From: Tubiluchus corallicola
Lineage: Eukaryota; Animalia; Priapulida
Reading direction: 5' to 3'
NCBI GenBank assembly: GCA_030141605.1
Contig: JAQGDQ010000724.1
Span: 43,491-107,490 of the forward strand
Length of the DNA stretch: 64,000 nt
Shown: one piece after another, positions 1 to 13,469 of the stretch
Position numbering within the stretch: position 1 is the stretch's first letter
How the letters are laid out: the number at the start of each line of letters is the position of its first letter
Notes under the pieces: model-generated
The model's input: only the letters and a program-made list of their open reading frames with translations
What the model was told of the DNA's origin: nothing
Databases searched by the model: none
Made by a program: the position numbers and the translations under genes

Positions 1-174
1 TTTCCATCACTCTATGAAATGAACTGTTCATCTTACCCAGATTCTAAATGCACAATGTTTCATAAGGATTTTGCAAACAATCTTAACTGCTTCAATCTTC
101 AAACAAGCATTTACTTAAATATGTACTTTCTGGAAGATATTTAGCCACATGCATTCACCAAAAGTGCTAAGAAA

Positions 175-256
175 TGTATGTATTTATCCATTTATGATAT
201 CTGGTGAATAAATTATGTTTATCAGCAATGGCTGCTTGTGCGTAGTTCACAATAAA
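175..256 (+). repeat. 5' LTR of Gypsy element
   Basis: TGTATGTATTTATCC...GTTCACAATAA, about 92% identical by eye to 4769-4851; contains AATAAA. Confidence 0.85.
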
Positions 257-259
257 ATG

Positions 260-277
260 TAGCGACTCTTGATGGGA
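260..277 (+). promoter_or_regulatory. Primer binding site, probably tRNA-Arg(TCT)
   Basis: TAGCGACTCTTGATGGGA just after the 5' LTR resembles the complement of a tRNA-Arg(TCT) 3' end (TGGCGACTCTGGTGGGA). Confidence 0.6.
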
Positions 278-315
278 TAGTAATCGCTGTGTGAAGATTT
301 TTAGTGAAAATTTAG

Positions 316-1548
316 ATGGCGAATGCACAGATAATTGGGTCCGTCAGCGAGTTTAATTCCAGTACGGAAGATCGGTGTAATTACCAGTAACGGTTAGAAG
401 CGTGGATGAGAGTGAATAATATTAATGACCAACAGAAGGTAGATGTTTTCTTGTCATTAATTGGTCCGGAAGCGTTTAGCTTAGTGTCCTCTCTTGTAAC
501 GCCAGAACGGTGAATAAAAAACCTTATGTGGAACTGACAAATAAATTATCGGATTATTATAAACCACGCCGTAATAAGATAGCCGAGAGACTAACTAGGT
601 GAATCCATTGCGGAATATATTGTAGAGCTACAGAAATGCAGTAAATATTGCGAATTTTCAGCTCAAGAGCTGTCTGACAACTTGCGTGACACTTTTGTGT
701 GTGGGCTTCGTACTGGATTCATACAAAAGAAATTATTGGAAAGCTCTGATTTAACGTGGAACACAGCTCGGGAGATAGCATTAAATATGGAGGCAGCTAC
801 ACGAGATACAAGTACACTTTCTGGCAGCGGATATGGTTCATCCGAGGTAAACTACACTGGAAGAGGTAAAAATTTGAGAAAGAAATTGGTAAAACCTAGT
901 TACCCGATGACTGTAAATAAACCGCATGTTTCAAGTAAATGTGGTCGGTGTTTGGGTGCGCATGAGGCATGGAGATGTCAGTTTAGGAACGCCAAATGTT
1001 ATAAATGTTCAAAAATTGGTCATATCGCAAAGGGATGTAGAAGTGGACGTGGACTACCGGGAAATACCAATAGTGTTAATCCAGACAGTGATTGTGCTGA
1101 CGTGGTTCAAATTAGTTCCTTGTATAATCTTGGTACAGCAAAAAGTGCTACTACAAATGAGTACCAAGTGAGTGTCATTGTGAACAGGAAGCGAGTTTTG
1201 TTTACAGTAGATACTGGAGCTATGGTATCAGTTGTATCAGAAACTGAGTATCAGGAAAAATGTTCTATTCTGCCTTTGCAACACACTGATTTAAAACTTC
1301 GTAGTTACTGTGGTAATGAAGTACCGGTGTTAGGTCAAATACATGTTAGCGTGTGCTATGCAGGTCAGCAAGTGACCCTTCCACTTGTGGTTCAAGGTGA
1401 TCGTGTTCCGTTATTGGGACGAAACTGGTTGAAGCATCTTAAGCTAAATTGGTCTGAAATTTTCAACGTATATAAGCCTACATGTGGTGCCACAGCTGAT
1501 AGTGTGATGGAAGTCACACTGACACAAGTCAGTTTTTCAGTCATGTAG
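316..1548 (+). pseudogene. Gypsy gag-protease (disrupted)
   Basis: ATG 316 MANAQIIGSVSEFNSSTED..., in-frame stop near 388; zinc knuckles CGRCLGAHEAWRC and CYKCSKIGHIAKGC; aspartic protease FTVDTGA and LLGRNWL. Confidence 0.9.
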
Positions 1549-1559
1549 TAAACCGATTG

Positions 1560-4203
1560 AAAGCTACAAAGCACACATTGAGCTTAAACAAGGTGCAAGA
1601 CCTATATTTTGGAGATAGCGACCAGTACCCTATGCTCTTAAGGATGCTGTGGATGAGGAGTTAACCCGGTTAGAAAACAATGGTATTATAAAGAAAGTGG
1701 AAAATAGAAATGGGCTGCTCCAATAGTGGTTGTCCCCAAAAAGAAAACTGGGAAGGTCAGGATTTGTGGTGATTATAAGGTCACAGTAAATCAAGTAGTG
1801 GAAGACGAACCGCATGATTTTCCGACAACAGCTGATATGTTTGCGACCCTATCAGGTGGTAAAATTTTTACCAAGTTGGATTTAACAAATGCATATCAAC
1901 AGCTAGAACTAGACGAAGAGTCTAAAGAATTACTGACTGTGAACACTCATCGAGGCCTTTACCAGTATCAACATCTTGCTTTTGGTGTGGAAACTGCGCC
2001 AGCAATTTTCCAGAAAATGATGGATAAAATTTTGTGTGGTGTTGAGCATACATGTTGTAAAATAGATGATATTTTAATTAGTGCACGTGATGATAATGTG
2101 CTTACTAGATTAGCTAACCATAATATACATCTAGGCAGAGATAAATGTTATGTAGGTGTTCAAAGTGTTGAATTTTTAGGTCATATGATTGAGCCAGCTG
2201 GAGTTAGACCTACCGAAGAAAAGGTAGAAGCCATTCTTAAAGCTAAAACTCCCAGAAATGTTTCTGAGCTTAGATCATTCTTAGGTATTGTAAATTACTA
2301 CTCACATTTCTTGCCTGATTTATAAACTACCTTTGCTTCTTTGTACCAGTTGTTGCAAAAAGGTGTTCCACGGAAATGGTCATCAGAGTGTGACAGTGCA
2401 CAATGTAAAGTTAAACAGTGCTTAACTAGTGATTCATTGTTAGTGCACTATGATTTAAAGAAGCCACTCACCTTGGCATGTGATGCTTCACCATTTGGTG
2501 TTGGTTGTGTCATATAGCACATCATGGAAAATGGCGAAGAACGTCCGATTGCTTATGCGTCTAGAACTTTGACAGCTGCAGAGAAGGGTTACAGTCAGAT
2601 TGAAAAGGAGGCACTTGACATAGTGTATGGTGTTCAAAAGTTTCACAAATATTTGTATGGGCAGCATTTTACATTGCATACCGATCATAAGCCTTTGACT
2701 GCCATCTTTGGGCCAAAAACAGCTGTGCCTACTCTTGCTACGTTAAGACTACAGCGTTGGTCTTTAATTCTTATGGGCTATGAATATGACATCCGTTACA
2801 GGAAGTCAAGTGACCATGAAAATGCTGATACATTGTCTAGGTTTCCATTATCTGGTTGTACTTTAGCAACTGAGTTGGATGTTAATTATTTTTCTTATGT
2901 AAATGATTTGCCAGTTACAGCAAAGAGTATCAGTGAAGAATCTCGTAAAGATCCTATTTTGTCTAGAGTATGGTATCATGTCATGAACGGTTGGCCTGCT
3001 CAGGTAGATCAAAATAGTCCTTTAATGCCTTATTTTCTTAGATGCCATGAGTTGTCTAATGACAATGGTTGTCTTCTTTGGGGGCTACGTGTCATTATAC
3101 CACCCCGTTTCCAGTCTCAACTACTTGACGAATTGCACCGTGAGCATTTTGAAATGGTGCATATGAAAGCTTTAGCTCGTTCTTATTTTTGTTATCCTGG
3201 CTTAGATGCTGATATCGAAAATTTAGTAAAAGGCTGTAGTGTATGCCTTAGTGTTAGAAATAATCCAGTGCGTGCACCAGTAATTCCTTGGAAATTTCCG
3301 TCTAAAGTGTGGGAGAGAGTGCACATTGATTTCTTTGAGATTGATGGGAAGCATTTCCTTATCTTGGTTGATGCCTATTCTAAATGGTTAGAGATACAGT
3401 ATATGCCATCTACAACTTCTACAAGAACAATCGAAGTACTTGGTACTTGGTTTGCTTCTTTTGGGCTACCTGTTGAGTTAGTATCTGACAATGGGCCTCA
3501 ACTGGTATCTGAACAGTTTGAGAACTTCTTGAGATCAAATGGTGTAAAACATGGTGCTGCTGAGTGTAATGTTCAAACTGCAAAATTAGCTTTAACTAAA
3601 TACATGATGGAAGCTAAGAATATACCTTACATGACTATTTGTAAAATGCTGAATAACTTTTTACTTACTTATAGGAATACTCCACATAGTACAACTGGAC
3701 GTAGTCCAGCAGAACTTATGTTGCAGAGAATGCCTAGAATTAGATTTAGTATGTTAAAACCAGGTTTAAGAGAGGAAGTGGTTAGTAAGCAGGAGAAAAC
3801 AGTTGATCATGATAAAACTGTTTGTGAATTCTCTGTAGGTGAGACAGTTAGGGTGAGGAATCACCGTGGAGGTGTGCTTAAGTGGGACATTGGCAAAGTT
3901 GTAAAGAGAATTGGTGTTGTTAGGTACAGAGTTAAGATTGGTTATCAGGTTAAGCATGTACATGTAAATCATATGCTGAAAAGTGGAGAATTTGTTAATG
4001 ATGATGATTGTGTAAAATTGGATGGGTCTACAGATGATGTGATCAGAATTCCAGTTAGTCAGCCTGTGGCTGAATCTGAAACATTGCCTGTAAAAGATTC
4101 AAGTTCCATTGCTGAATCAGTTAAAAATTATGATGGTGATTTACCGACTGTAGACAAACCTTCAATTTTTGAAAAAAAATCATCCAGTAACTGTATTGCT
4201 TAA
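1560..4203 (+). pseudogene. Gypsy pol: reverse transcriptase, RNase H, integrase (disrupted)
   Basis: RICGDYK, KLDLTNAYQQ, KIDD (for YxDD), ACDASP, PIAYASR, TDHKPL, HHCC zinc finger, RVHIDF, VSDNGPQ; stops/frameshifts and a deletion between GVKH and GAAE. Confidence 0.92.
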
Positions 4204-4768
4204 ACCACCCATAGAACCTGTTAGTCGATCCAGTAGAATCTGGAAGGCTCCTGATAGCTTGATTGAGTCTGTGTGATTTGTTTGCAAATTGGTACCTTAA
4301 TTGAAATAATCTAGTACTGATTTTGAATTTCTGTATTACTGCACATACAAATTGGTGTTTGTATTTTCACTGGCTAATTGTCATTATAGCTTATAATAGT
4401 TATTCTGATTGAAGATTTCTTTTGGTATACTATACCTAATTAGAGTTATATTACACGTACTTAGGTCTACTTGTTGCTTACGTATTTTAGTTGTCGCAAT
4501 TCATTATAGTTATGTTCAATTATTTTGATAATTCAGTACATGTTACTCTGGCTGTTTGATGGGTTTCCCCAAATTACTTAACTGCGTAAATTTAAATGGT
4601 TTGAGAGAGAATCAAACAAGTTAAATAATACCTAATTCTGTGTAAGTTCACAGTGGTGTATTCGTTGTGCATTGAAGTTGTATTGCACATTTCAAAAACT
4701 ATCTTTTGTTGATTTTCCTAAATGTGTTAAGTTTATTTTGATGCTAGTTTATATCTAGAGGGGAAGAT

Positions 4769-4851
4769 TGTTATGTATTTATCTAATTGTGATGTCTGGT
4801 GAATAAATTATGTTTATCAGTAATGGCTGCTTGTGCGTAGTTCACAATAAC
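4769..4851 (+). repeat. 3' LTR of Gypsy element
   Basis: TGTTATGTATTT... directly after the PPT; direct repeat of 175-256. Confidence 0.85.
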
Positions 4852-5131
4852 TACTATGCCTGCAGCTGCATTGCTATGTCTGCAGCTACACTGCCTCGTC
4901 TGCAACTACACTACTATGTCTGCAGCTGCATTGCTACGTCTGCAGCTACACTGCCTCGTCTGCAACTACACTACTATGCCTGCAACAACACTGCTACGCC
5001 TGCAACTACACTGCCTCGTCTGCAACTACACTACTATGCCTGCAGCTGCATTGCTACGTCTGCAGCTACGTTACTGCACCTGCACCTACACTGATCTGCC
5101 TTCAAGTGCATTGCTACGTCTGCAGCTACAA
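4852..5131. repeat. Minisatellite, 20-bp subunit in 60-bp higher-order unit
   Basis: Repeats of CTGCAGCTACACTGCTACGT variants; consecutive 60-nt lines 4861-5040 nearly identical. Confidence 0.9.
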
Positions 5132-5581
5132 ACGTGTTTCCGAAATAATTTGGCATTCATAGTAGTGACCAAAGGATGTTCATTTATATGTGACGGTAAG
5201 GAATTCCATATCGGCACTACACGATTTGAGTAGAAATGAGGAAACAACTTTTGGAAACACGTCTTACATATCAGTAAGATGATTCCGCCCAGTGTTATCG
5301 GTTATTCGGTTAGTGTGAACTACACTTAATATGCGAGAATTAAATTACTAAAAAAGAGAGTAATAAAAAAATGATAAACAAGAGATCGGTGGCAAGTGTT
5401 AGCATAAAACTGAAGACCTTCTTGTTGCTTTTAATTTATGACTTTTTCGAATATGAAACTTTCTGTTGCTTTCGTAATCCGGTACTAGAAGATTTGAATA
5501 GGTTTGGAGGACCTGTTCCAATAGTCAATATGCTGTTGTGACCCCCTCCCGCCCCAGCCCGCCATCTGGCATTTGTGCTTG

Positions 5582-5854
5582 TGTTGTGTTTTGTTTCTCT
5601 CGGAAGGCTCGTAGAAAAAACCAGAAAACACGTCATCAAATTAAACTAGTTTATTATACGAGAATTCTACAACACAAAAGTATGAAGGAACGCGAAATGT
5701 TTACAGTTAATGTGATAATCTAGAAACGCGAAAGCGAGAAAGCGTATCTGAGAATACGAGGATACAAGAGAATAAACTCCAGCGGCCAGCTCCGCTTTAT
5801 ATATCAGTGCCAAGGAATAATCTAGAAATAGAAAGTTCTGGACATTTCTACAAG
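5582..5854. mobile_element. Solo LTR copy, same family as 53330-53663
   Basis: TGTTGTGTTTTGTTTCTCTCGGAAGGCTCGTAG... highly similar to the first ~270 bp of 53330-53663; no clean TSD. Confidence 0.8.
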
Positions 5855-6884
5855 GCAAGAATATTGTTATCGGATTTGAAAATGGGGCAATATATGAAAA
5901 ATCATCTTGTCTTCCTTTAAATTAATTTCCTTATATAGTTAAAGGTTAAAAGCTTTTTGGAATAAAAAGATTTTGAGACTTCTTTTAGAAATAAATAGTG
6001 ATTCTGACTGCCGTATGTTAATTGGTGTTTTGTTCCACAATAGAGGAACGGGGAGGATGAGACTGACCGTCGTCCACAAGTGGCCAGCTTTATTCTAGGT
6101 TGGACGCTCCCATTTTCAATGCCCATGACGTCATTGGAAGAAAAATGGGCATTGAAAATGGCAGTCTTGAATAAAAGTATGTCTTACTCAAAAGTAAAAT
6201 AAGTTTTTACAAAAAAAATAGGTAGAGAATTTTGTAATATTTTTGCGTGAACATTAGGAAGCTGCAGAAATTTGAATAGTTTGTTAAGCATCGCGCGCTT
6301 ACGGAAAGCCGCGACTCGCTTACGAAAAGTCACGAAGTCGTCGGTTACGTGAAAATATCTGTAAAGTGGTAGTACATTTTAAATTTATGCTTTATAGACA
6401 GTTTTTTTGCAAATTCCGTTGTTATATTTTTCTAAGTTTAACAGATAACAATAAATTCAACATACTGAGTGAGTTGCCCTTTCTTTTAAAGAAGGAGTGA
6501 ATAATAGGTGAGAGACTTCAAATTTAAACTAATGTCATTGGTTTCTATTAAGTACTATGATATAGTAAGTACATGTAATTTTATGAGCACACATTAAAAT
6601 GCATTTGTCCAAGGTTATAATTTAACAATTTTTTTTAAAACATTTACTTTTTTAGAGCATTACCTAACACTGTTACGTAACTTCAGTTTCAGAAAGCTGT
6701 CCTACTGTGTGCCTACAACACATCGTCCTAGAAAAAAATAAACCGTTTATGCTCAAGTGTCTGAAACGTTTTTCCGGCATCATCAATCTTTTAAAACAAA
6801 AACTTGCTTAAGGTGCTTCCTAGGCAGAAATTAGTTAATCCATTCTTGAGGTGGAGGTCGAATATCAAAGTTAGTTGTATAAAA

Positions 6885-7610
6885 AATTATAAAAACAAGA
6901 TGTTTGGAAACTATCTTCGTATTTTCGATACTACAACAAATAAAAATAAATTAAAAAAACAAGATGTTTGGAAACTATCTTGGTATTTTCGATACTATGA
7001 CAAATAAAAATAAGTTAATAAAAACAAGATGTTTGGAAACTATTTTGGTATTTTCGATACTATAACAAGTAAAAAGAAATTAATAAAAACAAGATGTTTG
7101 GAAACTATCTTGGTATTTTCGATACTATAACAAATAAAAATAAATTAATAAAAACAAGATGTTTGGAAACTATCTTCGTATTTTCGATACTACAACAAAT
7201 AAAAATAAATTAATAAAACCAAGATGTTTGGAAACTATCTTGGTATTTTCGATACTATGACAAATAAAAATAAGTTAATAAAAACAAGATGTTTGGAAAC
7301 TATGTTGGTATTTTCGATACTATAAAAAATAAAAATAAATTAATAAAAACAAGATGTTTGGAAACTATCTTGGTATTTTCGATACTATAACAAATAAAAA
7401 TAAATTAATAAAAACAAGATGTTTGGAAACTATCTTGGTATTTTCGATACTATAACAAATAAAAATAAATTAATAAAAACAAGATGTTTGGAAACTATGT
7501 TGGTATTTTCGATACTATAACAAGTAAAAATAAATTAATAAAAACAAGATGTTTGAAAACTATCTTGGTATTTTCGATACTATAACAAATAAAAATAAAT
7601 TAATAAAATA
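6885..7610. repeat. Tandem repeat, 65-bp unit, ~11 copies
   Basis: AAAACAAGATGTTTGGAAACTATCTTGGTATTTTCGATACTATAACAAATAAAAATAAATTAATA repeated. Confidence 0.97.
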
Positions 7611-8805
7611 AACAACGGATTAACTTTAAAAAACCGCTCTTATGATCTCATATACAGGTGGATCTACCAGCCTAATTACAGTTGGACACTTCGTAGAAGA
7701 AATTGTGTTTAAAACTGTCGTTATTGTTTTTCTGTCATTATTGAACCATTTGGGTACAATTGCGAGCAATGACCTGAGCACGGAGTGTAAAATCTCCCAT
7801 TTTTTACAAAATGTGAACTTGTTCCTGAGGTGAATATATGGAGCACCGACCCAGTCATACTTGGTCAAAAACTTGAACACCAAGTCTCTGTGAATATTCG
7901 TGTAAGCCTGCTGTGACCGTCCTGTAGTGGCATTGTTGATCTGCATGATTTGAGTGTGTGAAGAAAATAAGTGACATCAGATTTTATCAGAAAGGTATAA
8001 ATTCTTGTCATCTAAATGTTTTTAATGGAGTGTTTACGATAGTAAGTAACTAAAAGAATTGTCACGTGACGTAGTCTAAGCAAGTTTGTTTGTTCTGCCA
8101 TAGTAACGTTTTTTATTTAAGAAAATGGCAGGAGACACATTGCACTTATGCTAGCCATATAATACAATATATGTACGATTTACTTCGAATTATTGTAAAT
8201 GCAATGCATGCATTCGGTTAGCTGTGTAAATAAAATAGCTGCGTAAACAATGTCGGTTAGTAGTCAAAAAAACCTACACATTCACACAAATAAAATGTGC
8301 CATTAACTAACATACGTATACGATGTTGAGTTTGATTTTACAATTATTCACGACATAAATATTGTAGAATGACGATAAATTGCAGATTGTCTAAAAAGGA
8401 AAATTCACTTCTGGTTAAGTCATTTAAAACATCTTTGACAAATGAAAGAGTGAGTCTTTGAGCCTACGTAAGCTCTCTAGCTTTCTTACATATGAATCTT
8501 TTAATTTTTAAATAGTCACATTTGTTGTAATTATCATACTTACATTTAACAAATCGTAGATTGTAATACAAAGTAATTTGTGATATATATTTACAATCAC
8601 AGTTGTAGAAAACGCATGCGCAGTAAAAACTTCATCATTAAACGAGAAAAAAACGTAAAAACCTTAAAAGAAACTTAAAACGGAGAAGCACTACATACAG
8701 TAAAGAAAAAATGGCTTACATTAAACTATTAAAATGGCAAAAGCTTAAAAAATTGCATTTTGTTAGTTTACTGTTGAAAATGGCAACGTTTGTTGCATTA
8801 ACCAG

Positions 8806-10577
8806 GTCATAATTAAGATCATTCCTAATAGGGACTACTCTATTTGAGAACGAATATTTGTGTACACGTCATAATTAAGATCATTCCTGATAGGGACTAC
8901 TCTATTTGAGAACGAATACTGGTGTACACGTCATAATTAAGATCATTCCTGATAGGGACTGCTCTATTTGAGAACGAATACTCGTGTACACGTCATAATT
9001 AAGATAATTCCTGATAGGGACTACTCTATTTGAGAACGAATATTTGTGTACACGTCATAATTAAGATCATTCCTGATAGGGACTACTCTATTTGAGAACG
9101 AATATTTGTGTACACGTCATAATTAAGATCATTCCTGATAGGGACTACTCTATTTGAGAACGAATATTTGTGTACACGTCATAATTAAGATCATTCCTGA
9201 TAGGGACTATGTAATGTGGGGCGGATCTCACAATCAAGTATGAGCAATCAGCGCTCTTATTGTTTGGTAGCGTGTGTCATACTACTCAGTTTTTACTCAA
9301 TATATTTCTTGAACACAAAACGTGAAACTAATTTTATGCAGTTTTTATGATAAGATAAGCCTTTAATATTCATAAATGTTGATTATATAAAATTAGTTCA
9401 AACCAAATGACAGCAGTTAATTTGTACCCGGGTACCAGTTCAATAAATGTGTTGCTACACAACTCAAAATTTACAGGCTGGAAATACTTTCAGATGCTAC
9501 AAACAATACTCAAAAATTACTTTTGGCTAACGAAAGAAAATAATCTAATAGTTCACCAATACTTGTTAATAGTAAGTCTATAAAGTAAGGCTTCATCCAC
9601 ACGAGGTTGTAATGTAAGCTATCAGCACTTCCAACTGAGTCTTAGTTTTACCAGCCACTGCCAGTCGAAGCAAGTATCGTTGTACAAAAGGAAGCAACAG
9701 GCTGTGGCCTAGTAGTTAAACAAAAGAAACGAGAATTTATCACTTACAGTCTCTGCATCAATGAAAGTATACGTCAGCAATACTTATCGGCGGTAGCACG
9801 ACGACGAAGGTGGCGGATCCACAACATCGGTGTGCAACACCCGGGTGTTTAGAGCATAGCTGAACTGCGAAGTCATAAGCAGATGGGAGTCATTCCCGGA
9901 AGCGTTCTGCGTTGGTAGCCCGGTAGTTTGGTTATCGCGTCAGATGTCACAATGTAACTCGATGTAAACAAATGGTGAACAGGGCTTAATACTAGAACTG
10001 CCCAAATAGTCACTAACACGTAGTTGGAACATTCACTAAACATTAGCGTTAGGTAGAGCCAGCTAAAGTTGCACGATTTATATGCAAAGAGGCAAAACAT
10101 ATGTTAAAAAAACTGTCCAGCATTATATCTGCCCACAAGTCACTCTTGCCAAGAGCCACGTCGTTCCCTACACATCTGTGTGAAAAGACCTCTAAAGCCG
10201 GTTGTCTAATAGTCTGGCTTCAATAACACTATAGCAGGATAACCCGTATTTGCATATCCGTTCGACGAGTTTACCCTAGATTTGACCTATGCGCATAACT
10301 AAAGTGTAACACCTGGTTTATACATTGAACAGCTATAAACAACAATTTTATACAGCCTAAACTAAATTACGTATACTACCGTAAAGTTTACATTGGCTAG
10401 AAAAACATATCTCGTTCTACAACGAAGTTAAGTTAGTAATAACTAAATCTAGTTACAAATACAAAGATATATGCTAAGCTGGTCGTTACAGACTACTCTA
10501 TTTGAGAACGAATACTTGTGTACACGTCATAATTAAGATCATTCCTGATAGGGACTACTCTATTTGAGAACGAATAT
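8806..10577. repeat. Tandem repeat, 62-bp unit, split by an LTR insertion (arms 8806-9209 and 10491-10577)
   Basis: GTCATAATTAAGATCATTCCTGATAGGGACTACTCTATTTGAGAACGAATATTTGTGTACAC, ~6.5 copies, resuming in register after 10490. Confidence 0.95.
9210..10490. mobile_element. Solo LTR (1281 bp) inserted in the 62-bp satellite
   Basis: Termini TGTAATG...CGTTACA with exact 5-bp TSD GACTA (9205-9209 and 10491-10495). Confidence 0.88.
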
Positions 10578-11535
10578 ACCTGCTTGAAAGACTTGAGTAT
10601 CTAAATTAAACAAATGAGTCATTACAAAAGAAAATTCTTAGTAATTTAAAATATTCGCGCCACCTGGCAAAATGTCACTAACTGATCTTCCTAGTGTGAA
10701 CCACTGACTCACCAAAAAACGTATTTTTAGTTATTATTACGTAATTAAACATATTACTTTATCCACAAGATACAGTAATTTATATTTTTGCTTAGTTAGT
10801 GAAGAATGCGCTACGAATGCTATGATTACTTTTCCAAACTTTCGGCATGTTATCTAAACTTGTTTCAAACGGTTTGCCGTTAAAATGGATGCGCCTAACG
10901 TCATCGCCAGAGTTTAAATTTGCTAGTTTTATACAGCCTTGCGCACTATCCTTGCTAATAACGCACACCCTATATGCAACAAGACAGCATGTAAGTGATA
11001 CAAATTTTCAAACGTTAAAAGGTGGCAAGCGCAAAAAACCTTTTACTTACATAAAGTAAAAGAAATTCTCTTGAAAAGTTGTAATCAGGGCATTCGTAGC
11101 GCACACGTCACTAACTAAATAAAATTTTAAATGACTGTATCTTGTCAATAAGATTAAAATACGTTTTTGGTTAGCGAATGGCGCACCCTGGAGGGTGAGT
11201 CAGTGACATTTCACCAATTGGTGAAAACCTTTTAAATAAATAATATTTTTTTTCTATTTTCTAGTTACATAAGTCCTTCAAGCAGGTAAGCCAAACGCTA
11301 AGTAATGTAGAATTAATTTAACATTTCCTTTTCTTCCCCTGATTTACGTTGTGCGTATATGACGTCATGTAATAGCACCATCTAAACAGTATTGCGGGAG
11401 ATTTAAAATGAAAACAAACGAAAATTCCTTTCAACGATTTACGATGTACACCAAAAATTACTATAAAGTAAAATAATAGTTTAAGGCGATTTTTCTGAAA
11501 CCTGATTTAGGTTCCCCTTTTTTCTTGTCCTTTAA
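10578..11535. mobile_element. Non-autonomous DNA transposon with long inverted arms, Kolobok-like
   Basis: 10578-10830 is inverted relative to ~11080-11290; ends ...CTTGTCCTTTAA; related copies starting TTAAAAGACAAG/TTAGAGGACAAG at 41186 and 44284. Confidence 0.65.
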
Positions 11536-13308
11536 TAGTTATCAATACACAAAGTAGTTGTACATTAAATGCAATCTCGGATCTCTAGAGTATGACCAAA
11601 TTCCAGTAATCATAACAAAATACGAGGTAAGCTGTCTGTCATCATTTTTGGCTAGAAAAAAAATCATAAAACTTTATTTTTATCAAAATAAAATAAGTCT
11701 AACCAAATAACAGGACGAGTTTATGAGAGATCCGTCAAACCGAGGTTGGTAACCCTGCCTAAAAAGTTGCTGCACTTGTTTTGCCTAGAAGTTGACAGCA
11801 AGAGCTGCAAAAGTCTTTAGGCTAATCATCATTAGAAACGTCGTTTATTAACTGTTTTCACGGGCGCCGCCAGAGTTTAAAAAATTTGTCGCACAAGCAG
11901 CTAGGCGGTTTGGGGGAGCGAAGTTCCCCCGGCGGGGTCCGGGCGAAACTACCAACATATTTTCCCGTATTTCAGCACATTTTGGAGACCTCAAATGAGA
12001 TCTAACTGGTACATAAACTTCCTCAAACGTTAAAAGTTCTCCTTTAATAACTATATTTTACCTACATTTACCTAGGTAATATTGATTGTATTCTATTGTA
12101 GTAGTCATATATCTTAAAATCAAGTTCGTAATACACTGCAATGCTGATGACCCATTACTTAAGCTTAATTTATTTAGTGTCAAGATTATCTATCCAGCAA
12201 AATGTGGATAGTGAAACATTAAACTGATTTGAGACTGTTAAGTTTACAGCCCATCCATTGTTCATACAAAATTTAATATGTTTGCATGTGTGCTAATTTT
12301 TCCCACCAGACACAGCTAAACGACAGAACGTCTCGGCCTCACATGCATTTTACTGCATTTTAGACCATTTTGCGGTTGCTAGAAGCTATTTCCTCAGGTA
12401 AGTTCACTAGTTTAAAACTCATTATTGCCCAAACAAACGAGAGTTGACGTGTTTCTTAGTTTATTGCTAAAAAATCTTATATAGCCGTAAAATTTTTTTA
12501 ATTTAAGAAATTCTGTGGACGTACCACCGTGACTATTTTGCGACGTTCAATAGATTCTCTCGGCAATCGAAGAGCAGCTGCTAACAGCCCAAAAACTACC
12601 AAAATTTTGGAGCAGTAATAGTATTTTCTTAATTCACCAACTGCGTTGTTTATGCGGACACAAATTGTGATTAGTAATCTTGTGTATCGTCTTGAGTAAA
12701 ATCTCACAACATTCAAGTTCTTGTGGCTTAATTTTGATTTTGATTTAATATGTTATTTCAAACTTTACAAAGTTCATATACACATCACAAATTAATACAA
12801 ATAATACAATAAATCATGACACCCAATAATAACACAAATAACAATTAACGATATAACATACTGCGCGAATATCTTCTAACTACAGTAGTAAAGTTTACAT
12901 CACTGTTTAAAATGCTGTTGCATATAAAATTTTCACTCTTATTCAGCCTGACATATAAACTGTATGCACATTCTGTGAATCACATCAAAATAAATAGTAT
13001 TAAGTCTAGCAGAAATATATCTGGCGCTCATATCATATGAAAAGTTAAACAGCTTCCGTGTTGATACATTATATGCAACCTTGAGTTTACTAAGATTGTA
13101 AGAATAAAAATGTCTCCAAGTGGATATACAATAAAAGTATTGCAGTGAGTATTAAACAATTATATCTTCACGTTAACTGAACAGTGAGTAAATTTCATGA
13201 GTAATCTATTTGCTCTGCCATAGTAAATTGAACGTTGTCGTAATATGCCTAAATCATCTCTATTGTCTTCTAATAAAATATGACCCAGATATTTTTCTTT
13301 TTTACTAG

Positions 13309-13346
13309 GTACAAAACTTTTGCACTACAAAACAACAGACCCAAAA
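13309..13346 (+). other. Candidate 5' UTR exon of the collagen gene
   Basis: Polypyrimidine acceptor TTTTTCTTTTTTACTAG and donor GTAAGC flank a 38-nt segment upstream of the signal-peptide exon. Confidence 0.4.
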
Positions 13347-13469
13347 GTAAGCTGCTGCATGTGGGAAGAGTAGGCTAGATATTTACTGTTTTCCTACAAC
13401 AAACATTAATTGTATTGTTAAGTGGAACTATAAATAGTTATTGCGTCGTTCTCATTAGTTATTATTAAT

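Larger units (their letters stand above)
175..4851 (+). mobile_element. Degenerate full-length Ty3/Gypsy LTR retrotransposon (Mag-clade-like)
   Basis: Two ~82-bp direct repeats (175-256, 4769-4851), PBS-like 260-277, polypurine tract AGAGGGGAAGA at 4757-4767; gag-PR-RT-RNaseH-IN order in ORFs 682-1548, 1726-2325, 2524-4203; several stops and frameshifts. Confidence 0.95.

Noticed and set aside
4810-5233. Repetitive Cys/His-rich ORFs
   Set aside because: Translations of the 20/60-bp minisatellite; no splice or codon support
6885-7610. CRISPR-like appearance of regular repeats here and at 8806-9209, 18817-20315 and 58650-59372
   Set aside because: Units are head-to-tail with no unique spacers, there are no cas genes, and the context is eukaryotic: these are minisatellites
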